Origin: Candidatus Heimdallarchaeota archaeon
GTDB taxonomy: Archaea > Asgardarchaeota > Heimdallarchaeia > Heimdallarchaeales > Heimdallarchaeaceae
Direction of reading: 5' to 3'
Length of the DNA: 61,943 nt
Assembly: GCA_019057375.1 (NCBI GenBank)
Contig: DXJF01000159.1
Coordinates: 1 to 61,943, forward strand
The notes under the pieces were generated by a model. That model was given only the letters and a program-made list of their open reading frames with translations. It was not told the DNA's origin and did not search any database. Positions 48,021-57,666 of the stretch are shown here, in pieces. Position numbers and translations under genes: made by a program. The stretch's first letter is position 1, and every line of letters starts with the position of its first letter.

Positions 48021-49349
48021 TTGACTAACTTGATTCATACTGAAGAAGAAATACCTAAAGAAAAAGCTATCAAGAAAGATAAAATTAAGACTTATGCAAT
48101 TGCCGCAGCTAATAGTGGTGGGCAGCAGTTCTACTTTAACTATGCTACTTTGATTGCTGTTGGAATAGGAGCAACTCCATTACAGATGTCCTTCATTACA
48201 GCTATTCAAAATTTAGGGTCGTCTCTTCTACAAGGTTTTTTTGGTCGTCTATCAGATAGAATAGGTAGAAAATTAGTCTTATTATTTGGGTTCATTATTG
48301 CTACTATAACTACAGTTAATTTAGCATTCCTTACTTCACCTGTTCTTTTTATGGTTATTATTGGAATCTATTCTTTAGGAATAAGTATGGTTATTCCTTC
48401 CTGGAATGCCCTAATGGGAGACATTACCACAGAAAAAACTAGAACAAAAGTAATAAGCCAGCTCAGCATGGTAGGAACTCTCATATCTTCAGGATTGCTA
48501 CTTCTATTAGGTTTTATAATCGATTTAATACCATTCAAGAACACTGAATTAGAAACAAAATACAGGGTTATGGTTTTAGTGGGAGCTTTGTTCTTTGCGC
48601 TTGCATCTATAGTAATCTTAACCCTTTCAGAAACTAACAGAACAAAATCAGTAAGGAAAGCTGTTCCTATTAAAACTCTCCTGAAGAACAGATCATTTGT
48701 AATTTTCAGTGGAACTACAATGATATGGTGGCTAATAATGAGTTTATTATGGCCTTTATCGCCCTTCGTTCTTAGTAGATTGGAACCTAGCACATCTGCA
48801 GTAGCTATTCTTTCAGCTGTTTTTTCAGCAAGCATGGCTATTGGATTCATAATTACTTTCAAAGTAGCAGATAGAATAGGTAGAAAATTCATGATTTTTA
48901 TTGGATTCATTTCACTCTGTTTAGTTCCTATTACTTTGGCTTTTAGTACTCACTGGGCTCTAATTATCATTACTAATTTTTTTGGTGGGCTAGGAAATGG
49001 TTTAGTTAATGTATCTGTTAGTACAGAAATTCTCAATCTTGCTGATCCAGAAATCAAAGGAACATATAGTGGAACATATAATGTCTTTCTGGGTATTCTA
49101 ACTTTTACAGGTTCTTTTATTTCAGGATTAATTTTCGAATTCTTTACAAAATCCAGTGTCTCTTTAATTTCTAAATCAGTTTGGTTAGATTTTTCAACAG
49201 GCATTTTTTCAAAATTTCTAGATACCTCTTTAGATAGTTTTGGACTCTTTCTCAGAAACTTCCTTATCATAATTACTTGCTTAAGACTACTAGCTGCCAT
49301 TCCTATACTTGTTCTGGCTTTAAAAGAAAGAAGAAAGTCTAAATTATAA
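48021..49349 (+). CDS. MFS transporter
   Basis: GRLSDRIGRK and ADRIGRK motif A repeats; about 12 TM. Confidence 0.9.
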   Translation: MTNLIHTEEEIPKEKAIKKDKIKTYAIAAANSGGQQFYFNYATLIAVGIGATPLQMSFITAIQNLGSSLLQGFFGRLSDRIGRKLVLLFGFIIATITTVNLAFLTSPVLFMVIIGIYSLGISMVIPSWNALMGDITTEKTRTKVISQLSMVGTLISSGLLLLLGFIIDLIPFKNTELETKYRVMVLVGALFFALASIVILTLSETNRTKSVRKAVPIKTLLKNRSFVIFSGTTMIWWLIMSLLWPLSPFVLSRLEPSTSAVAILSAVFSASMAIGFIITFKVADRIGRKFMIFIGFISLCLVPITLAFSTHWALIIITNFFGGLGNGLVNVSVSTEILNLADPEIKGTYSGTYNVFLGILTFTGSFISGLIFEFFTKSSVSLISKSVWLDFSTGIFSKFLDTSLDSFGLFLRNFLIIITCLRLLAAIPILVLALKERRKSKL

Positions 49350-49391
49350 TCCTCTGCGAAACAGTTAAAATCCTCTCACAAAATTAAAGTT

Positions 49392-49874
49392 ATGAAATTC
49401 GTTCATAGGACTAATTATTGTACTAAATGTAACAAAAAGGCATTTTATCCTCAGTTAGTAAACATAAAAACGATAGAACAGAACAAAATGTGTCCTAGAT
49501 GTGGTTCTGACGTAGTTTCATTTTGGGAGGAATTAAATAATAAATATATTTTACCATATTTTGTAGGTATGCCTTTCTTTGCTATGTCTGCAATTTATGG
49601 GTTTTGGACATCAGCTTTAGATCAAATAAGATCTGTAGATATATTTGTAATTATCTTCAATATTATAATGTCTGGAGTTTTCACAGTTTATGGAATGCGG
49701 TATCGTAAACTAAAATTAATTCCTCAAACCAATGATAATTCTCTAGAAATTTTAAAATCATTTAGAAAACAAACACTATTTGCTTTTCTTTACACTTTGT
49801 GTGGTTTTGTGATAGTAATCATTCTAGATATCCTTATAGTCCTTACTTGGTTAGGTGTAGCAAAAATAACATAG
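49392..49874 (+). CDS. Membrane protein with N-terminal zinc ribbon
   Basis: CTKC...CPRC followed by three hydrophobic helices. Confidence 0.65.
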   Translation: MKFVHRTNYCTKCNKKAFYPQLVNIKTIEQNKMCPRCGSDVVSFWEELNNKYILPYFVGMPFFAMSAIYGFWTSALDQIRSVDIFVIIFNIIMSGVFTVYGMRYRKLKLIPQTNDNSLEILKSFRKQTLFAFLYTLCGFVIVIILDILIVLTWLGVAKIT

Positions 49875-49919
49875 GTTCTACAAAATCCGAACAAAAATAG
49901 AAAAAAATAAGAGTTTATT

Positions 49920-51119
49920 CTATTCTAGATAAAGGGTCTTCTCCTTTTGTATTCCTCGAGTAGAAAAGAAGATTAACAGTCCTAAGAGTGCAGTTATTAA
50001 GGAAATATAAACCACGATTTCGATACTGAATTTTCCAGATATCAACAACAAACTCACTCTATAACACCAGTAAAAAGGATTAATCATAGATGCTGAAGAT
50101 GAGCCGAGTGGATTTGATACAGCTCCAAAGTAGAAAAACATAGCTAATCCAATAGAAACAAGTGGAGAAATCCTTTCTGATGCTTCTCTAGCTAAGTTGC
50201 TATCTATTGCCATAGTGAGGAGTAGTGATATAAGTAACGCTAAAACTGCGAATAAAATCGTAACAATGATGTCTCCAGCATTTAGAACGCCTAGATTCAA
50301 ACCAAAGATTTCAAATATACTACTAAAGCTTGCTCCAGAAATTTGGGTTGCAGCAATAATTCCTAAAACATATGATAGTGTCGAGCCCAAGGAAGCAACT
50401 AAACCTGTTATTGCTTTCGAGATTACTAAATCACTATGACGATGAGAATAAGCTAAAAGAATTTCCATTGTTCTCATTCTTTTCTCTCTAGCAAAACCGA
50501 TACTGGAATAAGAGCCAGAGTTAAGGGCTATAAGTAGAAAAATCATATAACTTAAAGGCATAGCTAGAGCAGCTGCTTTAGGTCCTAAAAGTAATTCTTC
50601 AGGTATAGATGCAGGAGCAACTTCATCTTGATTAACTGGAGGAATTGTTCTATTTGCTAGAGTTGTAGCAATTACACTGTTTGCAATACTTCTGACAGTT
50701 GCAAAAAGATTTTCAGAGAAAAGTGATTGAGTAGCATCTACAATATAATAAGTTGGTACTCCTAGAAATGCTAGTTCAGAGAAGTTAGATGGGATATACA
50801 AACCAAATTCAGCTGTATAAGTTACAGCGGATAAATTTGCTACTACCTCTACTTCAATTGTAGAATCACTCAAAAAATAAAATGTGAGATTTCCAAGAAT
50901 GGAATCACCTATGTTTGTACCAGAATAACCCAAGTCATCACTGCAAATTAAGAATGAAGATGTTTGTTGTGTACTGAATAAAGAAGGTAAACCAATTAGC
51001 AAAAACATCATAATGAAAGGACCTCCAAACACGAAAATAGCAACTCTCTTTCTGAATAAAAGCCTCAAATCTTTTTTCAATAAAGTCTTGAGTTGACTTA
51101 CCCCTTTCTTCTTACTCAT
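49920..51119 (-). CDS. ABC-2 type transporter permease
   Basis: REKRMRTMEILL, ISKAITG, NPFYW. Confidence 0.85.
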   Translation of the reverse strand: MSKKKGVSQLKTLLKKDLRLLFRKRVAIFVFGGPFIMMFLLIGLPSLFSTQQTSSFLICSDDLGYSGTNIGDSILGNLTFYFLSDSTIEVEVVANLSAVTYTAEFGLYIPSNFSELAFLGVPTYYIVDATQSLFSENLFATVRSIANSVIATTLANRTIPPVNQDEVAPASIPEELLLGPKAAALAMPLSYMIFLLIALNSGSYSSIGFAREKRMRTMEILLAYSHRHSDLVISKAITGLVASLGSTLSYVLGIIAATQISGASFSSIFEIFGLNLGVLNAGDIIVTILFAVLALLISLLLTMAIDSNLAREASERISPLVSIGLAMFFYFGAVSNPLGSSSASMINPFYWCYRVSLLLISGKFSIEIVVYISLITALLGLLIFFSTRGIQKEKTLYLE

Positions 51120-51895
51120 AATGATCCCTCCTTTTCAGGAGTTGAACTCTTTATTGGTGTTTTAAAAGCTTCAATAATTGCATCTTCAAATTCTTGTGTA
51201 TCAGGAGCATAAGTATTGATAATTTCCTCTTTTTTTCCTTGAAAAACTAATTTTCCTTGCTTAAGAATTCCACAATAGTCAGCTAATTCCTCTAAATCTG
51301 AAACGATGTGAGAAGAAAGCAAAATTGTTTTTCCTTCTTCTTCAACCAAGTTTTTAATAATTGATCTAATATATTTGGCTCTAGATATGTCCAAACCTGA
51401 AGTGGGCTCATCTAGCACGAGAAATTCTTTGTTTGTTATTACAGCCATAATAAAACTAATTGATCTTTGTTCTCCCCCAGAAAGTTTCGAAAATGATTTG
51501 TTCAACATCTCATGAGTTATTTCTAGGGTTTTAAAATAATTAGCTAAAGTTTGACTAACTTCCTCATAAGAAACTTCATTCATTTCCAGAATAAATTTGA
51601 TATTTTGCATAGGTGTCAGATCATAATATGCTGCAGAAATCTGTGGTAATAAACCAATTTTTCCTCGAATAGCTTTAGGATTCAATGTTACATCGATATC
51701 GTTAACAATAACTCTACCGAAAGTTGGTTTTAGTAGCCCAAGCAACATTCTAATTGAAGTGGTCTTACCCGCACCATTGGGTCCTAAAAGTGCATATATC
51801 TTCCCTTTTGGTATCTTCAGATTCACTCCATCTACTGCTAGTAGAAATTTGAATTGTTTAGATAGTTGTTGTGTTTCAACCATTAAATCTGACAT
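51116..51895 (-). CDS. ABC transporter ATP-binding protein
   Basis: GPNGAGKTT, LSGGEQR, LDEPTSGLD, SSH. Confidence 0.95.
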   Translation of the reverse strand: MSDLMVETQQLSKQFKFLLAVDGVNLKIPKGKIYALLGPNGAGKTTSIRMLLGLLKPTFGRVIVNDIDVTLNPKAIRGKIGLLPQISAAYYDLTPMQNIKFILEMNEVSYEEVSQTLANYFKTLEITHEMLNKSFSKLSGGEQRSISFIMAVITNKEFLVLDEPTSGLDISRAKYIRSIIKNLVEEEGKTILLSSHIVSDLEELADYCGILKQGKLVFQGKKEEIINTYAPDTQEFEDAIIEAFKTPIKSSTPEKEGSL

Positions 51896-51997
51896 TAGAA
51901 TGAATAAACCAACTGTATTTTTAAAACTATTTCTATCTTAATTTTCTCATCGACTTTAAAGAGTATATTTATTAAACTCTCCAATCCCCATATCACA

Positions 51998-52969
51998 ATG
52001 ACTATTGATTATGCCATTTGTGGTACTCGTAATTCGAATGTAGGTTTACCAACTGGTTTGAAAATTCTTAGAGAAGGTGGTCAAGCTTTAGATGCTGTTG
52101 AAGAAAGCATCAAATTAATAGAAAACAATCCTTATGATATTACTGTTGGTTTCAATGGTTTTCCAAACCTTCTTGGTATTGTTGAACTTGATGCTTCTAT
52201 TATGGAAGGTAAGACACGAAATGCTGGAGCTGTTGCAGCTGTGAAGAATTTTCGTCATCCCATCTCAATCGCTAGAAAGGTTATGGAAATCAGTCCTCAT
52301 GTGATGCTAGTTGGGGAAGGTGCAGAAAGATTCGCAAAAGCATTGGGTTATCAGGAAGAAGAAATCATTGATGAACTAGGTATTAAAAATTATCAAAATA
52401 TCATGGATGGGAAAAGCCTTGAAATGCCTCTTGAAGCCCAGAAATTAGTCAGAGAGCTTTTTATGAGGTTTGATGTTCACCTTAAGGATGTTATGGAAAA
52501 TTATTCAATCAAGGAATGGTATAGAAAACTAAGTTTTGATAAGCATGGAACAACAAATGTAATTGCTTTAGATAATGAAGGTAATCTTGCAGTAGGTGTT
52601 TCAACTTCAGGATTAGCTATGAAATTTCCAGGCAGAGTGGGAGATTCACCCATTTTTGGTGCAGGAATTTATTGTTCTGACAAAGCAGGTTCTGCATGTA
52701 CTGGAACCGGTGAATTAGCAATTCGATTGTCAACTACTCGTTTGGTTGTTGATAAGATTCATCGAAAAATTCCTATTGATAAGGCTACAGAGATGGGAAT
52801 TTTGGAACTTAAACAGCTCAAAGAAGAAGGAGTTTTACACATTATATCTATGGATACATCTGGTCAATGTGCAGCATTTACCAATAAGGATGGTTTATTC
52901 CATTATTATGCAGATCCATCCATGGAAGAACCCGAAAAAAGACAAAGTGTTTTTCTGAAAATTCAATAA
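51998..52969 (+). CDS. Type 2 (Ntn) asparaginase/isoaspartyl peptidase/glycosylasparaginase
   Basis: LDAVEE, ELDASIM, HGTTNV, STSG, GRVGDSP, TGTGE. Confidence 0.9.
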   Translation: MTIDYAICGTRNSNVGLPTGLKILREGGQALDAVEESIKLIENNPYDITVGFNGFPNLLGIVELDASIMEGKTRNAGAVAAVKNFRHPISIARKVMEISPHVMLVGEGAERFAKALGYQEEEIIDELGIKNYQNIMDGKSLEMPLEAQKLVRELFMRFDVHLKDVMENYSIKEWYRKLSFDKHGTTNVIALDNEGNLAVGVSTSGLAMKFPGRVGDSPIFGAGIYCSDKAGSACTGTGELAIRLSTTRLVVDKIHRKIPIDKATEMGILELKQLKEEGVLHIISMDTSGQCAAFTNKDGLFHYYADPSMEEPEKRQSVFLKIQ

Positions 52970-52992
52970 AAGAAGAAAAGATAGATGTGAAT

Positions 52993-54696
52993 CTACCCGA
53001 AGAAAAGAGATAAAATGTGAATAATAAACACAGTGAAGATTCCTATATTAATAAGACCTACTAGAACATAAGTCGATATTGTTAGTATTTTAAATCCTTT
53101 TTCATCAACTTTGGTGGCTATAAATAGATATGCTATTGGAAAAATAACAAGTGCTACTATAAATGTTGCTTGTAATGCTAATGTTACTACATGAATCAAT
53201 TCAAATCCATATCCATAAAAGGCTCCAAAAAGTGCTATCACAGTCATAACATAAAGCACTAACTCAAATAATAAAATAAGGAATAACCCATTGAAATACA
53301 TCCTTATATTATCCATTGTTCTATCTTCTTTGATATTTTGAACTATTTTGTAAATAATGTGAATTGACAACGGTATAACAATCAATGCTATAACCCAAGT
53401 AAAGCTTAAGATAAGTTGGAGATTTGCAGTAGTAAAAACTCCTTTTGTTAATATACCATTTAAGATAAATTGTACAACAATAAAGATTAGAGTGGGTAAC
53501 ATAATAAACCTTGAAGTTGTGGTTAACAACTCTTTAGTTCTTATTTCAGGTGGTTCAATTGTTTCATCCTTTTCAGGTACTGCTATAACGACTAGTTCAT
53601 CTCTCTCAAATTTAATCATTGAATACTGATAAGATATTATAGCTGCCCCAGCTAATAGGATCCCATCATGTGGAAACATGTTCCAAGGAAGTAAAAATGC
53701 AAATCCAAAGAAAGTAGCAAAAATTGTTAGCCACATACTGTTAACAATAAGCTTACTGGGTCTTTTATCGATATTTCTCTCCCTTTTATCTCTTCCTGTA
53801 ATTGCTCTTCCCATCTTATTAAAACTCAATTGAATATGATATATCATTTGACTAAAAGGATTCTTTTCTTCAATGAATCCAGCTCTTCTGTCAAAATCAG
53901 CGATTCTAGCCTCTCGAATAGCTCTTTTTTCTCTTATTGTCTTCCTTGTTGTGTAGAGCACAGCCACTAATAAAAAGATGAAAGCAAATGGATAAATTAA
54001 CCCATAGGAAGTTTGTAGAATATTATAGTGAAATCTTGAATCACTTATAACATTAAAGAATCCCAGAATAACTTCCAGACCCCAGAAGATAAGTGCTGGT
54101 ACAAAAACCAACATTAGCAATCTTCCACCAAGCCTGGGAGAGTAATCAGGTTTTCTTGATGTCCAGAAGGATACACTCAATAGTAGCAGAAACAGAACAA
54201 CTAAATAGATTACTTGTTGTCCAATTATGTATCCATAATTATCTCTTGCACTGAAAAGAAATAGGCCGGAAAATGTTGCCAATAATATCAATAATTTCAA
54301 AATAGAATAAATTGTAGTTCTTGTTAGTAAAACTCTTTCTTCTTTAGTATTTGTTTTTGCATCCTTGTATCCTATCTCTGCTAACTTCTTATCAGAATCA
54401 TTTTTTGCTGTATAAAGTTTAGATGTAACACGTGAAAAAAGCAGAAGGCACATAGCGATAATAAGAATTCTAAAGCCAAAGATTACCATTTGAAATATTA
54501 CTGTAAGGTTATCTTTCAAAGGATTTGAGAGAAGTATTACAGTCGGAAGACCGAAAATTAGTGTTGTTGCAAAAAGAACCTTAAACATACTTGTCATTCT
54601 TGAAGATTTATTTAAAGAGGCTCCTAAAGCACCATATCTTTGCCTTTGTAAAATAAGGTTTTCTGATGTTGAATCTAGATTTGACATTATAAACAA
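52993..54696 (-). CDS. Hypothetical polytopic membrane protein
   Basis: 567 aa with more than ten hydrophobic segments; no recognised motif. Confidence 0.7.
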   Translation of the reverse strand: MFIMSNLDSTSENLILQRQRYGALGASLNKSSRMTSMFKVLFATTLIFGLPTVILLSNPLKDNLTVIFQMVIFGFRILIIAMCLLLFSRVTSKLYTAKNDSDKKLAEIGYKDAKTNTKEERVLLTRTTIYSILKLLILLATFSGLFLFSARDNYGYIIGQQVIYLVVLFLLLLSVSFWTSRKPDYSPRLGGRLLMLVFVPALIFWGLEVILGFFNVISDSRFHYNILQTSYGLIYPFAFIFLLVAVLYTTRKTIREKRAIREARIADFDRRAGFIEEKNPFSQMIYHIQLSFNKMGRAITGRDKRERNIDKRPSKLIVNSMWLTIFATFFGFAFLLPWNMFPHDGILLAGAAIISYQYSMIKFERDELVVIAVPEKDETIEPPEIRTKELLTTTSRFIMLPTLIFIVVQFILNGILTKGVFTTANLQLILSFTWVIALIVIPLSIHIIYKIVQNIKEDRTMDNIRMYFNGLFLILLFELVLYVMTVIALFGAFYGYGFELIHVVTLALQATFIVALVIFPIAYLFIATKVDEKGFKILTISTYVLVGLINIGIFTVFIIHILSLFFG

Positions 54697-54767
54697 TCAA
54701 TTCATAGTTTAGGTGTTTATAATATTTTCTCTGCCGATTTAAATTTATTACGCCTTATTCTTGTAAA

Positions 54768-54882
54768 CTGAAATCTCCTAAATTGATTATTCTAGTAATG
54801 AAACTCGAGATTACTTTCAGCAGTAACAACGTCTAAATCACCCGTCTGAAATCTCCTAAATTGATTATTCTAGTAATGAAAC
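54768..54882 (+). CRISPR. Orphan CRISPR-like mini-array: 2 identical 37-nt repeats and one 41-nt spacer
   Basis: CTGAAATCTCCTAAATTGATTATTCTAGTAATGAAAC at 54768-54804 and 54846-54882; 3' GAAAC end; no cas genes in window. Confidence 0.6.
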
Positions 54883-54966
54883 TGCTATTTCTGGCAGTTT
54901 TTGTCCTTTTTCTAAAGCCACTAAAGATTTAAAAATTTGATTAACACATTATATTTTTTAGTACTA

Positions 54967-55494
54967 ATGGATGAATCCTCAAAAAAAACAAGGAAGTTTG
55001 ACAATCTATCCAATAAACTTCAAGATGTAAACTTAAAAAAACTAAGTTTGAATCAAAAAATAAACCTCTGGATTGATCAACTTGGAAATTTTAGTACTCC
55101 TGACAGAGTCTATATTTATTTCTTCGAAAAAGATGAAAATGACTATATAATTGCGAATAATACTCATGAATGGTGTGGTAAGAAAATCCCTTCAATTAAA
55201 GATGAGCAACAAAAAATTCCAATTGACCTGTTCCCATTTTACAGGCAAATACTATATGAAAACAAGGAAATTGCTAGAATTAATAGTATTAATGATCTTA
55301 CAGATGATGCTCAATCAATGATTGAATTGATGAACTTTCAAGGAGTAAAAAGTATTCTTGCTGTTCCTATCATAAAAGAAGCCAATACAACTGGTTTTAT
55401 TGGATATGAGACAATTAAAAAAGAAAAGCTTTGGAGTAATGAGGATTTGAAAGCTCTTGAACTTGTGGCTAGTTTGATAACCTCAAAACGTTAA
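54967..55494 (+). CDS. Stand-alone GAF domain protein
   Basis: DRVYIY, NTHEWC, QGVKSILAVPI, GFIGYE, W...DL..L. Confidence 0.85.
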   Translation: MDESSKKTRKFDNLSNKLQDVNLKKLSLNQKINLWIDQLGNFSTPDRVYIYFFEKDENDYIIANNTHEWCGKKIPSIKDEQQKIPIDLFPFYRQILYENKEIARINSINDLTDDAQSMIELMNFQGVKSILAVPIIKEANTTGFIGYETIKKEKLWSNEDLKALELVASLITSKR

Positions 55495-55576
55495 GATCTA
55501 TAATAATGAGATTTTGTTTTTGGATAGAAAAGCTTAAAATTCAATTCATTAGAAACAAAGTGTAACTTATAACCGA

Positions 55577-55683
55577 GACCAGGTAGTCAAGCTTGGTATG
55601 ATACATCCTTGGGGACTTGAATGGATGTTTCCCTCAAGCTATAATGGATGTGATCGGGGGTTCAAATCCCCTCCTGGTCACCA
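55577..55683 (+). tRNA. trnP: tRNA-Pro(GGG) with 30-nt intron at canonical 37/38 (55615-55644) and encoded CCA
   Basis: Acceptor GACCAGG/CCTGGTC, D-stem GTCA/TGAT, anticodon stem CATCC/GGATG, T-arm GGGGG-TTCAAAT-CCCCT; relaxed BHB with outer helix CTTGA/TCAAG; TATA-like CTTATAA upstream. Confidence 0.93.
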
Positions 55684-56079
55684 TTATGTTTTCTTCCTTT
55701 TGGTTCTACGATTTTCTGTATATACTAGAAAGATTGTTGCCAGTATGCTACATATAAGTCCAGCAAAAGATGTGGCTGTAGGTTCTTCAACGTATTCAAG
55801 TGCATTTTCAATAGGTACCCACTCTTGACTCGAAAATATCATTAAATCATATAGACATGATTCTATAGTTATTTCCTTATCTGTTAAATTCTCATAAAAA
55901 ACATCTATATCAATGGGGAGTTGGAAATGGAACTTGCCTAGCTTGCAAAGCAAGATTAAAGATTCAAAAATAATAATTCTTATTCTTTTTTTCTCTATCT
56001 GAAGAAATTTTTCTCCGGTTCTTCTAGTTCCATGTACCAATGTTAGTTTTTTTAAATGCATTCGAAAGTAACATGTCAA
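55684..56079 (-). CDS. Small hypothetical protein or gene remnant with CTERM-like anchor; start uncertain
   Basis: Ends PTATSFAGLICSILATIFLVY + RRTKRKK; stop codon abuts the tRNA CCA. Confidence 0.4.
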   Translation of the reverse strand: MTCYFRMHLKKLTLVHGTRRTGEKFLQIEKKRIRIIIFESLILLCKLGKFHFQLPIDIDVFYENLTDKEITIESCLYDLMIFSSQEWVPIENALEYVEEPTATSFAGLICSILATIFLVYTENRRTKRKKT

Positions 56080-56097
56080 AAGGAGTCTATTCTAAAA

Positions 56098-56331
56098 ATG
56101 ACACAAGCAGCTTATATCCTTCTAAACGTCCAATCGGGTATGTTAGAAAAAGTTCAAGAAGGCCTTAAACACATTGTAGAAGTTACAGAAGTCTATGCAG
56201 TGTATGGTATCTATGATTTAATTGTAAAGATTGAATTCGGAACAATGGACGAATTGAAAAATCAAGTTTTGAACAACAATATTATTCTAGAAGGTGTAAA
56301 GAATTCAATGACAATGATTTGTGTCAATTAA
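56098..56331 (+). CDS. Lrp/AsnC ligand-binding (RAM) domain protein without HTH
   Basis: AYILLNV, EVYAVYGIYDLIVKI; AGGAG upstream. Confidence 0.85.
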   Translation: MTQAAYILLNVQSGMLEKVQEGLKHIVEVTEVYAVYGIYDLIVKIEFGTMDELKNQVLNNNIILEGVKNSMTMICVN

Positions 56332-56334
56332 TCT

Positions 56335-57537
56335 CTAATCCTTCGAATCTCTTGGTTTTGATAGTATATTCTCAATTCTTTCTACAAGAACAGTTGCAGG
56401 GATATCAAAAGTTGTTATTTTGGCTCGTCTTCCTCTTTTACCTTCTTCAATTGGTCCTACACTTTTACCAATAACACCTACTTTATCTAAGGTTTCTATA
56501 GCAGATCTAAAAGTCGATTTTCCTCTTGAATCTTCTTCATATTCTTCACAGGCTAAAAGGTAGCTTTCGTAACCTTCATCTACTGTTGTAGATGTAACAC
56601 CTTTTAACGAAAGTTTTTTCGCTACACCTAAAGCAGTTAATAATTCATGATCTCTAAGCTCAGATAAAACATCTCTTCTTAGTTCTGGATAAACATCAGC
56701 TTTTGCGGCTCTAATATAATCCGGAACAATAAAGTTCTCTTGTTTTAAATCAGTCAGTTTTCCAGATCTATAAAGAATTTCGAGTCCATGTCTTGCATTC
56801 TGAGAAGAAGCACAAATATCTGCAATAAGATTCAATGTTTCATCAGAGTAAGAAGTTGGATAGAGTGCCATGCTAGCTCTATATTCAAGAATTTCCAGCA
56901 ATTGATCCTTTGAATAACCAGAAACATCTAATTGATCATGAATATGTCCAGACAGAGGTACATTTAGAAGAGATTTCCATTCAGTAGGTCTGGAAATTAT
57001 TATTGTTGAAATCATGCTTTGCTCTGAACCGAAGTACTCACCAGCATGGAAGATACTCAGGATATCTTCGGAATTTAACATATTAGCTTCATCAAGAGCG
57101 ATTATTAATCGTATATCTTCTTTTGTTAATCTTTTTACTAGCATATCTAGAATTTCTTCATCGCTAAAACCTCGAGATTGAATACGGAAGTGTTCTGATA
57201 AAACATTTCGTAAAATTGCTGTTTTGCTTCTGAAAGAATGACAATTATAATATAAGAATTTTACATTTATATGCCTTGAATTTGCTGTACTTTCAAACCT
57301 TTTCATAGTATATTTACACAAATTAGTTTTTCCAATTCCAGCATTCCCAACTATTGCAACATTAACTGAAAATGAACCTTCTTTTCCTAGAAGTGATCTA
57401 AAATTTCTTGCTAATCTCTTAATCTCCTCTTCTCTTCTTGGAAGTTCTGGTGGAACATACTCTGGATACAGTGTAGATTCATTTTTGAAAATGGATTTCC
57501 CAAACATCGCTTCTTCTACATAATCAAAGCCAGACAT
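56335..57537 (-). CDS. cdc6: Orc1/Cdc6 replication initiation protein
   Basis: YVPPELPRREEE, Walker A GNAGIGKT, Walker B LDEA, ILEYRA, NARHGL, C-terminal winged helix; GAGGAG Shine-Dalgarno. Confidence 0.93.
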   Translation of the reverse strand: MSGFDYVEEAMFGKSIFKNESTLYPEYVPPELPRREEEIKRLARNFRSLLGKEGSFSVNVAIVGNAGIGKTNLCKYTMKRFESTANSRHINVKFLYYNCHSFRSKTAILRNVLSEHFRIQSRGFSDEEILDMLVKRLTKEDIRLIIALDEANMLNSEDILSIFHAGEYFGSEQSMISTIIISRPTEWKSLLNVPLSGHIHDQLDVSGYSKDQLLEILEYRASMALYPTSYSDETLNLIADICASSQNARHGLEILYRSGKLTDLKQENFIVPDYIRAAKADVYPELRRDVLSELRDHELLTALGVAKKLSLKGVTSTTVDEGYESYLLACEEYEEDSRGKSTFRSAIETLDKVGVIGKSVGPIEEGKRGRRAKITTFDIPATVLVERIENILSKPRDSKD

Positions 57538-57666
57538 AATTTCTCCTCAACAGAGATATACATTGTGACTCAAATAAAAAATCTTCCGCTTAAAATAAAA
57601 TTTGTACCATATATAGTTTTATTAAAAGAGGAAACTTAGTTTAGAAAAGGTTAAAGGGTGAATTAA

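Noticed and set aside
48368-49300. Long antisense ORFs (180 and 116 aa) opposite the MFS gene, and similar ones opposite DUF998 and other membrane genes
   Set aside because: Typical shadow ORFs produced by codon bias of hydrophobic genes; no motifs
52993-55494. Genes flanking the mini-array as novel cas effectors
   Set aside because: One is a polytopic membrane protein and the other a lone GAF domain; no RAMP, HD, HEPN, RuvC or CARF motifs were recognised
55577-55683. Reading the tRNA as Pro(TGG)
   Set aside because: D-arm and variable-loop spacing and the CATCC/GGATG stem place TT at 32-33 and GGG at 34-36; the TGG register would leave no base at position 26
55598-55828. 76-aa ORF on the + strand
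   Set aside because: It overlaps the tRNA gene; spurious
54697-56097. Integrated mobile element at tRNA-Pro
   Set aside because: No integrase, transposase, terminal inverted repeats or duplicated tRNA 3' end found in the window
57538-57666. Replication origin (ORB boxes) upstream of cdc6
   Set aside because: Only a single GAGGAAAC fragment; no repeated TTCCAGTGGAAAC-type boxes or G-string, and the gap is short (129 bp)
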